From: Promethearchaeota archaeon
Lineage (GTDB): Archaea > Asgardarchaeota > Lokiarchaeia > Sigyniarchaeales > SOKP01
Direction: 5' to 3'
Length of the DNA: 57,023 nt
Assembly: GCA_048940645.1 (NCBI GenBank)
Contig: JBHLOI010000019.1
Span: 1-57,023 of the forward strand
In this document: piece by piece, positions 29,205-38,794 of the stretch
How positions within the stretch are numbered: the stretch's first letter is position 1
Layout: each line of letters starts with the position of its first letter
The notes under the pieces: model-generated
Told to the model about the DNA's origin: nothing
What the model saw: the letters and a program-made list of their open reading frames with translations, nothing else
Databases searched by the model: none
Made by a program: the position numbers and the translations under genes

Positions 29205-29618
29205 GTGATTAATGAAATGATATTTCAAATTTTTAATGAGGATTGGCTTGAATCATTAGATACTTTCGAAGAAATAATGTGGTTCTTAGTGATATATTTG
29301 ATCATTCTGGTATTAATGGCAATTTTTCTGAAGCTTGCTTTAAGTTTTTTCAGTAAAGCTCGTCATACTGAATTTGGCAGTGTATTTCTTACTTCATTTA
29401 TAATAACCATTTTCTTTGCAATTATTTTTCTTTTTTTGGGGGGATGGGTAGCGTGGATTGTAGCTTTAATTATAACATGGATAATAATCGCTGCTAGACA
29501 TCATATTGGCTTTCTTTATGCTATTATCGTCACAATCCTTGCATTTTTGCTCTATGTAATCGTAGCTTTAATAATTGGAGCTTTATTAAACATAACTATT
29601 GTAGTTTTACCATTTTAA
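29205..29618 (+). CDS. Hypothetical membrane protein
   Basis: About 4 hydrophobic segments. Confidence 0.65.
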   Translation: MINEMIFQIFNEDWLESLDTFEEIMWFLVIYLIILVLMAIFLKLALSFFSKARHTEFGSVFLTSFIITIFFAIIFLFLGGWVAWIVALIITWIIIAARHHIGFLYAIIVTILAFLLYVIVALIIGALLNITIVVLPF

Positions 29619-29665
29619 ACTACATTTTTTTTCTTTTAAAGGAATTAATATTTTTTTGCTAGAAA

Positions 29666-30112
29666 CTAACAGATTTCTCCATTTTCTTCATAACAATCAA
29701 ATAAACTATCTAAATTGTCAATATAATTGACCATAGAGCTATACCACTTATCTAATAAATTTCTAAATTGAACTTTAACTTTATTCAAATCTTTTGCTTT
29801 ATACACATATAAGTATCCTCTTTTGTTATTATCCTCTATACCTTTAAGTTCACAATATTCTTTTAATGAAAGAGAATATCTTTTAATAACTCTTAAATCA
29901 AGTAAAACTTGTAAGGCTCTTTGAATAGAACTTCTATCTTTATCTAAAATCTCAGTTAATTCCATAGTACTTACATTATCATTTTTAAGCAAATATGTAA
30001 ATACATTGGATTCAATTTCGTTAAGACCGAGAATACACCTGAATAAATTCCCACTTTTAAATATCTTCTTTTCCTCTAAAATAACTTTTAACTGTTGAGA
30101 AATACTTTCCAT
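29666..30112 (-). CDS. TrmB-like wHTH transcriptional regulator
   Basis: CILGLNEIE..VF..LL...ELTE.L.KDRSSIQRAL..L; GYLYVY. Confidence 0.8.
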   Translation of the reverse strand: MESISQQLKVILEEKKIFKSGNLFRCILGLNEIESNVFTYLLKNDNVSTMELTEILDKDRSSIQRALQVLLDLRVIKRYSLSLKEYCELKGIEDNNKRGYLYVYKAKDLNKVKVQFRNLLDKWYSSMVNYIDNLDSLFDCYEENGEIC

Positions 30113-30173
30113 GGCTTTTATACTATCCTATTATATTAATTTAAGCTATACAAAAAAAATTAAAAAATAAAAA

Positions 30174-30584
30174 CTATTTTGAAAAAGATTTTAGTTTCTC
30201 TAAAACACGTTCCATATATTCAGCATTTACAACTCCAACAATTTTATGCACTACTTTTTCATTTTTAATAAATAGTGTTGTTGGAATGCCTGTAATTCGA
30301 TATCTCTGCGCAATAGAAGGATTTTCATCAACATTGAGTTTTACAAAAATAAATTCCTCGCCATGAACTTGTTGGAGCTTCTCAAAAATTGGAGCAAACA
30401 TCATACATGGTCCACACCAAACTGCCCAAAAATCTATTATTATTACTTTATTGGGAAAACTTTTCACCAAATTATCAAATTCCTCTGGTGAATGAATTTT
30501 TATAATCTCTTTTGGCATTGCATGTGCCTTCAATAAAACTTCCGCTTTTTTAATTCGAATCTTTTCAATTTCTTCATCTGACAT
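30174..30584 (-). CDS. trxA: Thioredoxin
   Basis: DFWAVWCGPC, KLNVDENP, GIPT. Confidence 0.95.
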   Translation of the reverse strand: MSDEEIEKIRIKKAEVLLKAHAMPKEIIKIHSPEEFDNLVKSFPNKVIIIDFWAVWCGPCMMFAPIFEKLQQVHGEEFIFVKLNVDENPSIAQRYRITGIPTTLFIKNEKVVHKIVGVVNAEYMERVLEKLKSFSK

Positions 30585-30616
30585 TTTTCTTCTCGATTTT
30601 CTAATTGTTTTGAGGT

Positions 30617-30635
30617 TGTGATATTAATTATCACA
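30617..30635. promoter_or_regulatory. Palindromic operator upstream of trxA-regulator pair
   Basis: TGTGATA-TTAAT-TATCACA. Confidence 0.5.
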
Positions 30636-30889
30636 TCCTTATTTAATTGAAAAAAATAACAGAATTTATTTAAATGTCTTTATTGTGTAATAAAAATCAC
30701 GACTTATTAACGAAATAATTAAAATTTAAATATTCTGTTAATCAATAAACAACAATTTAGCTTTTTTGAAAACCTAATAATTAATAAGTGTAAGAAATCA
30801 AAATATTATGAAAAATAAATTTAAATAATACTTAAAAAACTATATTTCTATAGAGAAATATTCAATATACTTTTAGAGTATAAACTGAA

Positions 30890-31642
30890 ATGAAAATTCA
30901 TTCATTATTTATATTAACTAAGAGCGGTGTTTGCATTTATAGTAGGAATTTTACGGATGATTTTGAAAATCTTGAACCCAATTTGATAACTCCTTTTTTT
31001 TCTGCTATATTTTCCTTTTCAGAGAATGTTATATCAAAGAAAACGCCTGAAGTTCTTGAAATGGGAGGATTTAGATTTGTATTTAAACTTGGAAATGAAC
31101 ATATTTTTGCTATTTTAGCAGATTCTAGCTCTAGTTTATTATTCATAACTTCTCGATTAACAGGTATAGCTAAAGTGTTTGATGATTTTTTAGATGTAAA
31201 TGAAATTGAAGAATATGAACAAATAGATAATACTGAATTTGATGCCAAAATAGATTCAATGATAGCTGGGGAAGAAGAGATAACTTCAAGTCACGCATTA
31301 TTTCGAAAAATAGTTGAATTAATAAAAAATTTAGTATTTGAAAATGAAATTCTTGGAGCTGCTCTTTTTGATATAAATGGAACGACAATCTACTCTTCTC
31401 TTCCCCAAGAAATATTATTATCCTCACTAAAAGAATTGGAAATTCGTTATAGGGTGGCAACAGAATTTAATACAACATTTTATAGTTTAGATAATGAACA
31501 AAAAGTTTTTTCCAAAATGATAAAAATACCTTGGAAATTGGACCCTTTATTAATAGTAGTTCTATTTGAATCTTCTGTTCCCCTAGGAATGGCGGAAGTA
31601 AATCTTAATAAAATGTCAAAGACAATTGAAAATATTATTTAA
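30890..31642 (+). CDS. Longin + roadblock/profilin-like two-domain protein
   Basis: IHSLFILTKSGVCIY...LITPFFSAIFSFS; second domain ILGAALFDINGTTIYSSLP. Confidence 0.7.
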   Translation: MKIHSLFILTKSGVCIYSRNFTDDFENLEPNLITPFFSAIFSFSENVISKKTPEVLEMGGFRFVFKLGNEHIFAILADSSSSLLFITSRLTGIAKVFDDFLDVNEIEEYEQIDNTEFDAKIDSMIAGEEEITSSHALFRKIVELIKNLVFENEILGAALFDINGTTIYSSLPQEILLSSLKELEIRYRVATEFNTTFYSLDNEQKVFSKMIKIPWKLDPLLIVVLFESSVPLGMAEVNLNKMSKTIENII

Positions 31643-31729
31643 ATTCGATTTTTTAAAAATACTTTTCTTAATTTATAATTTCAATAGAAAAATAATCTTT
31701 TTTTATGGTTAAGGATTAAAACTCTTAAT

Positions 31730-32995
31730 ATGTATGATGTAATTATCATAGGAGCTGGGGTCGCCGGCGCATCTTTTGCAAATAAAATCTCTAGATTTGC
31801 AGAGACGCTGCTTATAGAAGCTCAGGATTATAACAAAGAAATTCCAGTTAGAACAAACATATTTGCAGAGCATAACAAACCCTATATAGAAGAAACATTT
31901 TGGAATGATCAATCTATTTTTCCACGACCATTTCTACGATTGAATTATAAGAGCGATAAATATGATGGACTTTTAAATTCAGAAGAATTCGGGGCGCCCT
32001 TAGGAAAAATTTCTCATACTGAGATTTTCCTTAAAAAGCTTCTGCTAAGTTTTAAAAATCAAGGTGGAACGGCACATTATAATGAAAGAGTTATTAAAGT
32101 AAATAAACATAAGGATTACATCGAAATTATTAATGATAAAAGAGAAGTATATAAAAGTAAACTACTAGTATTAGCTACAGGTTCACGAGGATTTGACATC
32201 CAAAGATCTCTGGGGTTTGAGGTACCAGATTCCTATATGGGAATATACACAAATATTTTTGGAGATGAGGACTTATTGGATAAAAATTTTAATTTTCAAT
32301 ATATGTTTCACTTGAATCCTAATATAAGTCCAAATGGTCCTTTTTTTTTTAATGTTGGAAAGGGAAGAATTTCTACAGGATATTTGGGAAATAATGAATC
32401 TCACAAGGAATTATCTGATAAATTAGATCGTATCCTGCTAAATTATGAAAAGATACAGAAATTTATAAGCGGGCTTTCTTGGAATAAGAATGAATTTGTG
32501 AGCGGTTCAATCTCAAAACACCCCATAAAATCATTTTCAAATGATAGAATGATTATTTTAGGAGAAGCAGCAGGAATTGTGACCGCTTATTTTTATGAAG
32601 GAATCCTATGTGGTTTAGTTTGTGCTGAAGTGGCAAGTAAATTAATTAAAACATTATTAGAAAATAATAGTAATTTTACTAAAAAAGAACTAATAAAATA
32701 TCAACAGGAAGTCTCTCGAATTCTTCTGAAAGGCTATTTTAGAAATGGAGATGCATGTGAATATTTATTTTATGGCGGAGGGTCTTATGTAAAATCTCTT
32801 TGGAGCACATATACAAATCTCCTTTTGACAAATAAGACTGTTAGAAAATATGTTTATGAAGCACATACTATCCAAGATCTTTCGAAATATGATACAGAAC
32901 ATGATAGATACGTAGGAGAGCAGCTATTTAGTGCGCTTCCAACACTTTCAAAATTATCATTAGGTCCTCGATTTTTTAAGGCAATGTTAAAATAG
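31730..32995 (+). CDS. FAD-dependent oxidoreductase (geranylgeranyl reductase-like)
   Basis: YDVIIIGAGVAG, LVLATG, ILGEAAG......EGI. Confidence 0.75.
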   Translation: MYDVIIIGAGVAGASFANKISRFAETLLIEAQDYNKEIPVRTNIFAEHNKPYIEETFWNDQSIFPRPFLRLNYKSDKYDGLLNSEEFGAPLGKISHTEIFLKKLLLSFKNQGGTAHYNERVIKVNKHKDYIEIINDKREVYKSKLLVLATGSRGFDIQRSLGFEVPDSYMGIYTNIFGDEDLLDKNFNFQYMFHLNPNISPNGPFFFNVGKGRISTGYLGNNESHKELSDKLDRILLNYEKIQKFISGLSWNKNEFVSGSISKHPIKSFSNDRMIILGEAAGIVTAYFYEGILCGLVCAEVASKLIKTLLENNSNFTKKELIKYQQEVSRILLKGYFRNGDACEYLFYGGGSYVKSLWSTYTNLLLTNKTVRKYVYEAHTIQDLSKYDTEHDRYVGEQLFSALPTLSKLSLGPRFFKAMLK

Positions 32996-33193
32996 TCTCT
33001 TTTTTACCAAAAAACTATGAATAATCACTTTTTTGTACAAATCTATTACGATATATGATCACTAAAAATGAAAAAAAGAAACTAGTTTTTAAATTAACAC
33101 TTTTATCATAATTTCAAATTAGATAAAAGAGTCAATAATAACAGGGTTATATAAATTCTGACTCTTAATATTAGATCAAATGAGGTTTTCTAA

Positions 33194-33691
33194 ATGACAT
33201 CAGAATGGGCCATCCTTTGCAAATTAGGTGGATTTGTTAATAGCAATCCTGAGTTAATTAGTAGCTATCCTTCACTTGATCTTTCTTTAGGGGATTCTAA
33301 TGAAATAATTTCGAAATGCTTTCCTATAGGTTCAAAATCAGGAGACTATATAGTTGATAGATATAAAAAGTACAATGTACTTTCCTATATCTTTACAATA
33401 AAACAAACAGAGGATCGAGATGATCTTTTTTCTTTTTCAGTACTTCTAAATAAAAGGGATAAAGTTGAGATTTACAAACCAGCATTAAAACAATTAATTG
33501 AAATTTTAGACTTAAACGGGATTTTAAGCGAGAAAATCCTTTTAGATTATCAGGAGACAATATATGAAGGCATTAATGAAGAACAAAATATTTTTATCCA
33601 AAACATTTCAATAGAATTTTCAAAAATATTTAAAGAAATTAAATCAAAAATTTTAAAAGAAAAACCACAATTAAAAGGAAGTTTTTTCTAA
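33194..33691 (+). CDS. uDENN/longin-like domain protein
   Basis: PELISSYP...IISKCFPIG resembles the uDENN P.i...YP...i..FCFP.G pattern. Confidence 0.5.
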   Translation: MTSEWAILCKLGGFVNSNPELISSYPSLDLSLGDSNEIISKCFPIGSKSGDYIVDRYKKYNVLSYIFTIKQTEDRDDLFSFSVLLNKRDKVEIYKPALKQLIEILDLNGILSEKILLDYQETIYEGINEEQNIFIQNISIEFSKIFKEIKSKILKEKPQLKGSFF

Positions 33692-34335
33692 TGGTTGAAG
33701 ATATTTTATTAGAAAGTTTAAGGCAAACTGGATATTTACTTAGTACTATCCTTATTCCTTTGGCAACATTAATTGTAGGAAGGAAAGTTCTTAAAGAAAA
33801 GAAATCAACAGGGCGATATAATATTGTCCGTTTGCTCACATTTGGGATTTTTTTATGTTTTGCATTGATGAGTTTTTTAGAATTTCTTGTAGAGTTATCT
33901 CTGTCTCCACTATTAAATGAATTATTTGGTTTCAATATTGAAAGTATAAACTTATATTCAATTTTAATAGGTACAATGGTTTCATTAGGTCTGTGCTTAG
34001 TTTTTTATGCTAATAGATGGGAACCTTTCTATTTCGTTTCTTTTTTTATCTTTGGAGGGATGGTAATATTTTACTACCTGACGGGATTTGATGCTTGGTT
34101 GGAAACATATATTCAAATAGCTGGTATTATTAGCCTAATATTTATCTACTTTACAAGTTTTCGTGTTAAAGATAATGGAGCACTTGGTTTGGGAATTTTT
34201 TTCACGTTAGCATTTAGTACGTTGGTGATAGAGGTTTCTTATGTTACTCAAATCATTATTATCTCATATAATATCTTTATTGTAATACTATCGCTTGGAT
34301 ATTTTAGAATATTTAAAGAGGAGGTAATTTCATAA
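33691..34335 (+). CDS. Seven-TM membrane protein
   Basis: 7 hydrophobic segments; start overlaps the upstream stop (TAATG). Confidence 0.65.
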   Translation: MVEDILLESLRQTGYLLSTILIPLATLIVGRKVLKEKKSTGRYNIVRLLTFGIFLCFALMSFLEFLVELSLSPLLNELFGFNIESINLYSILIGTMVSLGLCLVFYANRWEPFYFVSFFIFGGMVIFYYLTGFDAWLETYIQIAGIISLIFIYFTSFRVKDNGALGLGIFFTLAFSTLVIEVSYVTQIIIISYNIFIVILSLGYFRIFKEEVIS

Positions 34336-34336
34336 A

Positions 34337-34987
34337 ATGCCAGACTTATACTATATAATCTTTGAAGGATTGATTATATTATTTGGAGTTCTTTCCTTAA
34401 TCCCAGTTTATAAAAATTGGAAAGAAAGTAAAAATAGAATGTACATTGCAATCTTTATATATACTATTGGAGTTATAGGATACTCATTGATTAATATATT
34501 TACCTACATATTAGAAATTGATACAAATGTTTATTTAGTCGGAGACTTGAGATTTGGATATGTATTAGGATATATATTATTTACAATCCAATTCGTTTTT
34601 ATGTTGTATTTAAGAGGACTAAATAAACTATATACCTTGCCATTTATTGTAGCTTTTTATCTTATAATAGGACACATTCTGAAGCCATCAACAATGTCTT
34701 TCATTATATACGCTATGTTTGTTAGTTATACTCCTGCATATTTTATGTTAAGGGATGGCAAGAAGAAAAGAAATGGTTTAGCTTTCGGTATGGGATTATT
34801 TTTTCTTATTTGGGGCATAGGGCAAGTAATTCCAGTAGATTTTGTAATGGAGATATTTAGAACGATAGCAATCTTTATGTTTTTCCTAGGAACCCGAGGT
34901 TTTTATGAAAAATATATTTTTGTAAACCAAGAAGAAGAACAAAAAATAATGGGAACTTGGATTGCAAGGTTTGTAGTAAAAGAATAA
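34337..34987 (+). CDS. Seven-TM membrane protein (probable distant paralog)
   Basis: 7 hydrophobic segments; KRNGLAFGMGLFF versus KDNGALGLGIFF in the neighbour. Confidence 0.65.
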   Translation: MPDLYYIIFEGLIILFGVLSLIPVYKNWKESKNRMYIAIFIYTIGVIGYSLINIFTYILEIDTNVYLVGDLRFGYVLGYILFTIQFVFMLYLRGLNKLYTLPFIVAFYLIIGHILKPSTMSFIIYAMFVSYTPAYFMLRDGKKKRNGLAFGMGLFFLIWGIGQVIPVDFVMEIFRTIAIFMFFLGTRGFYEKYIFVNQEEEQKIMGTWIARFVVKE

Positions 34988-35246
34988 TTTGATCTTTTTT
35001 TCGTTAACTTTTTATTATTCTGATAAGTACGTGAAGTAAAAGTAGGATAACAGAAATATATAATCGATCGCATATCTTAATTTCATATATTTCTAATGAG
35101 TTTTTAGATCCTTTACTTTGATAACCAACCTTTTATTCTGTCGCAATATAACAAAAATTTGGAAGAATATATGTACTTTTATTCAAAAATTATTATTAAT
35201 TTTTAAATTAAAAATTCCTTAATAACAAATTCAAATCTGAAAAAAA

Positions 35247-36143
35247 ATGGGAGTTAAAAATATATTAAAAAGGATTTTTACAAAAGAAAAGAAAGTAGTT
35301 ATCACAGGATTAGATTCTTCGGGTAAAACAACTCTTGTATCATTTCTACAAAATGGAACATTCATTGAACATACACCAACAATGGGAAAAGAATTGACTA
35401 CTATGGAAGTCCAAGGAATTCGTATTAATATTATGGATATGGGGGGTCAAAAGGATTTTCGTGAATTATGGCTTCACGAAATGTCAGATGCGGAATGTGT
35501 AATATTTATGGTTGATGCCTATGCTAGAGAAAGATTTAACGAGGCAAAAGATGAGTTGTGGAAGTTATCATCTGTTTTTAAGAAAAAAAGTTTAATCGTC
35601 CTAGCTAATAAATATGATTTACAACCCATTGCTCAGGTAAGTGAAATTATTGAAGCTCTCGATTTATCAAAAATCTCATCATTTGAAATTTTACCAATTT
35701 CATGTAAAACTGGTTATGGAATTGTTCCTGCATTCATGAAAATTTATTATAAATTAACGGGTAAACAACTAACTAAAAAGCTTAATATAAAAGCAGTTAC
35801 TGTTTTTAATCAAGGAGGTATTCCATTGACTTCTTCTGATAGCCAGCAGATTTTACAAGGCGGTTTATTCTCAGCTATTAATAGTTTTGTGCAAGAATCA
35901 TTTAATTCTGAATTGAACCAGTTAAAGATGGGTGAAAATTTAATTATCTTCAAGCGTTCAAAACATTTATTAGGTTCGATAGTAGTAAATGAATACGATG
36001 GTGTAAACCTTAAAGATGCAGAAGAAGGATTAAATGAATTATTATGCCATTTAGAACATATGTGCCCTGAACTCGAAAAAGAAGAACTAGATCAATCAAA
36101 AATAGATTATCTTGTTAAACAATACGCATCTAATCTTCTGTAA
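35247..36143 (+). CDS. Arf-family small GTPase with C-terminal longin domain
   Basis: GLDSSGKT, PTMG, DMGGQ, ANKYD, SCK; C-terminal VFNQGGIPL...GGLFSAINSF. Confidence 0.88.
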   Translation: MGVKNILKRIFTKEKKVVITGLDSSGKTTLVSFLQNGTFIEHTPTMGKELTTMEVQGIRINIMDMGGQKDFRELWLHEMSDAECVIFMVDAYARERFNEAKDELWKLSSVFKKKSLIVLANKYDLQPIAQVSEIIEALDLSKISSFEILPISCKTGYGIVPAFMKIYYKLTGKQLTKKLNIKAVTVFNQGGIPLTSSDSQQILQGGLFSAINSFVQESFNSELNQLKMGENLIIFKRSKHLLGSIVVNEYDGVNLKDAEEGLNELLCHLEHMCPELEKEELDQSKIDYLVKQYASNLL

Positions 36144-36248
36144 ACTTATTTCAAATTAAATTATTTTCATTCTTTTTTCTCAACTTTTCTACTACTAGGT
36201 AATTGAAATAACTAGAAAAAGTTATACTAGAAAAATTTTAAGAAAAAC

Positions 36249-38606
36249 TTATCTGTTTTCAAATTCATTAGATAATTTTTCTTCGATTTTATCAATAGTA
36301 CTTTTGAAACTTTCAAGAAGAGGAGAAAATTCTAAGCTTAAATGGTCGTTCAAATCAACTGCTTTATTGATATTTTCTATTACAGCATAATAATCTCTTT
36401 TATCTAGATATGTGTAACCCATAAATAAATATGCCAAGGCATAATCAGATTCTATTTCTATTGCTTTTTTGTAATTCTCTATAGCTCCACTATAATCTTT
36501 TTTCAATTTGAAAGAATTTCCCATATTATAAAATGCTTCAGCATATAAAGGTTCAATCTCAACCGCTTTTTTATAGGATTCAATGGCATTATCATATTCT
36601 TTTTTCTTTTCATACACTAATCCCATATGATTCCATGATTTTGCGTGATTTTTATTCAAATCCAGAGCTTTTCTGAAATTTTGAATTGCTATCTCATAAT
36701 CTTGTTTTTCTGTATTAGTGATTCCTATGTAAAAATAAGCTTCGATAAAGGCACTATCTAAACCAAGAGCTTTTTTACAATCATCAATGGCTATATCATA
36801 ATTATGCTCACCAATAGCTAATTTTACCTTATCAATTAGAGTATTTTTATATTTTGTCTTAATTGGTATTTTGTCTTTGAATTCTGTTTCTTCAATTAAA
36901 TTATTAATTGAGATTGCCTTTTCAAAAAACTTAAAGGATTCAACGAAATTATGTTCTTCTGCTAATTGTTCTGCTTGTTCAACAAGTAATTTTATTTCAG
37001 AATGATGAACTTCATCAATCTGTTTTTTTAATTTGTTCATTTCCTCAAATCTTCTTTCAGGATCATCAATAGTTTTTGCATATTCCATTTTTTTGTTTAA
37101 TTTTTCAAGTTCTTTTTCAAATTTCTTTTGTTCTTCAACTAAATCACCTCTTCCTACTAGATGTTTTAGTTCAGCTTGATAAATCAGACTTTTAATTTTA
37201 TTTACTTCTTGTTCCATAGCCTCATTAAGGTACATCTTATTAGTAATATCTAAAGCTTTATTAAAAATATCTAAAGCAGTATTATAGTTTTTTTGCTCCA
37301 ATAATGCTCTTCCTTCTCTAAGAGTATTTTCAATTTGAGAGGAATATGCATTATTTACAGCACCCTTTAACCTTTCAAGCTCTTCATTCTCTTCTTCCGG
37401 TATTGGCATTCTTTTTGCAATACTAATTGCCCCATATAATTCACTAGCTGCTCCATCAAAGTCTCTTTGAGCTGTCTTCCTTAAAGCGTTATCTCTTATT
37501 AAATCTATTCTAGCTTTACAGGTCTTATTCATTAAATCCTCAATTTCCTTTAGTTTTAATCTACTCTCTGTTGAATCAGCCATTCTCCGCGCAATTTCCA
37601 AGGCTTTTTCAAAATACCCCAAAGCGTCAGTAACGATTACTATATCTTCAGCATAATTCTCTTTTATAATTAATTCTTTTCCTTTATTTAAAATAGGTTC
37701 TATTCTTTCTTCATAAATCGGATTTAAAATATCAGCAGCTACTTCATTAACTTGATTTATTTCTCTCTGCTTTTGTTCAGAGTCATACATTTTATAGGCT
37801 AAATCTAAAGCTGTTTCAAATTCTTTAACCGCATCTTCAAAATATTTCTGTTCAATAAAGTGTTTTCCCTTATTCACTAAAGGCTTAATATCATTGCTAT
37901 AGATCTGATTTACTAAATTTCTTAAATTAGTAATCTCTGTATTTTTAAGATTAGACTCAAACATCTCTTCAGTAATTTTTAAAGCATCTTCATATGACTT
38001 TATTGCCAAGTCTGAATTGCCTAGTACTTTTGATTGATTACCTTTTTCAACTAGATTGTTAACTTTTTTAAAATAAACTTGATTTATAATCTCCTTTATC
38101 CTAACGATAATTTCATGACCGGGTTTTGTTTTATAAACCTCTGCCGCTCCATTTAATGTATCTTTTAAATAACTAATTGCATTATCATATTTCTCTTCTT
38201 GAACTAATTTTTCTCCTTGATAAATTGATTCTTCTATTCGATTATGGGCGATTAAAGCATTAATATCACTAAGTTCACTATTTTTTAAATCAAAATCCTC
38301 AATTTTTTCTGCAATTCTGATAGCTTCATCAAAAGTTGTGAAAGCATCATTAAAATCCTTTTTATCTATTAACATCTTAGCCTTTTCAAGAATATCGATA
38401 ATTTCTACAGCATAAATTTGGTCTATTAGGGATTTAATGTTGTTAATTTCATCCTTTTTATCTTCATCTTCTTTTATTCTCTCTTCAACAAAATTAATAG
38501 ATTCTAAATATTTGTCAACTGCTTTATTATATTTTTTTTCCGTTTTGAGCTTTTCAGCCTGTTCCATTATAGAATTTAATTTTTTTAGATCTGATTTTTT
38601 TACCAT
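36249..38606 (-). CDS. TPR-repeat protein
   Basis: Helical repeats throughout; canonical TPRs at the C-terminus (AIESYKKAVEIEP.YAEAFYNMG). Confidence 0.85.
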   Translation of the reverse strand: MVKKSDLKKLNSIMEQAEKLKTEKKYNKAVDKYLESINFVEERIKEDEDKKDEINNIKSLIDQIYAVEIIDILEKAKMLIDKKDFNDAFTTFDEAIRIAEKIEDFDLKNSELSDINALIAHNRIEESIYQGEKLVQEEKYDNAISYLKDTLNGAAEVYKTKPGHEIIVRIKEIINQVYFKKVNNLVEKGNQSKVLGNSDLAIKSYEDALKITEEMFESNLKNTEITNLRNLVNQIYSNDIKPLVNKGKHFIEQKYFEDAVKEFETALDLAYKMYDSEQKQREINQVNEVAADILNPIYEERIEPILNKGKELIIKENYAEDIVIVTDALGYFEKALEIARRMADSTESRLKLKEIEDLMNKTCKARIDLIRDNALRKTAQRDFDGAASELYGAISIAKRMPIPEEENEELERLKGAVNNAYSSQIENTLREGRALLEQKNYNTALDIFNKALDITNKMYLNEAMEQEVNKIKSLIYQAELKHLVGRGDLVEEQKKFEKELEKLNKKMEYAKTIDDPERRFEEMNKLKKQIDEVHHSEIKLLVEQAEQLAEEHNFVESFKFFEKAISINNLIEETEFKDKIPIKTKYKNTLIDKVKLAIGEHNYDIAIDDCKKALGLDSAFIEAYFYIGITNTEKQDYEIAIQNFRKALDLNKNHAKSWNHMGLVYEKKKEYDNAIESYKKAVEIEPLYAEAFYNMGNSFKLKKDYSGAIENYKKAIEIESDYALAYLFMGYTYLDKRDYYAVIENINKAVDLNDHLSLEFSPLLESFKSTIDKIEEKLSNEFENR

Positions 38607-38794
38607 ATTAAACTCGCCTATTTAACAATTCTAAGAATTAATAGTAATTCATTGTTGATCCTTAGAATTAAATTTAATTTTTTAAACTTTCTTAAGAAAT
38701 GTTGTTATAGATTTGAAAAATTAAAATTTAATTAAAATCTTTAATTATTTTTAGTCAAATTTAGGTTTAACGAACAAATATATCTTTTAGTATT

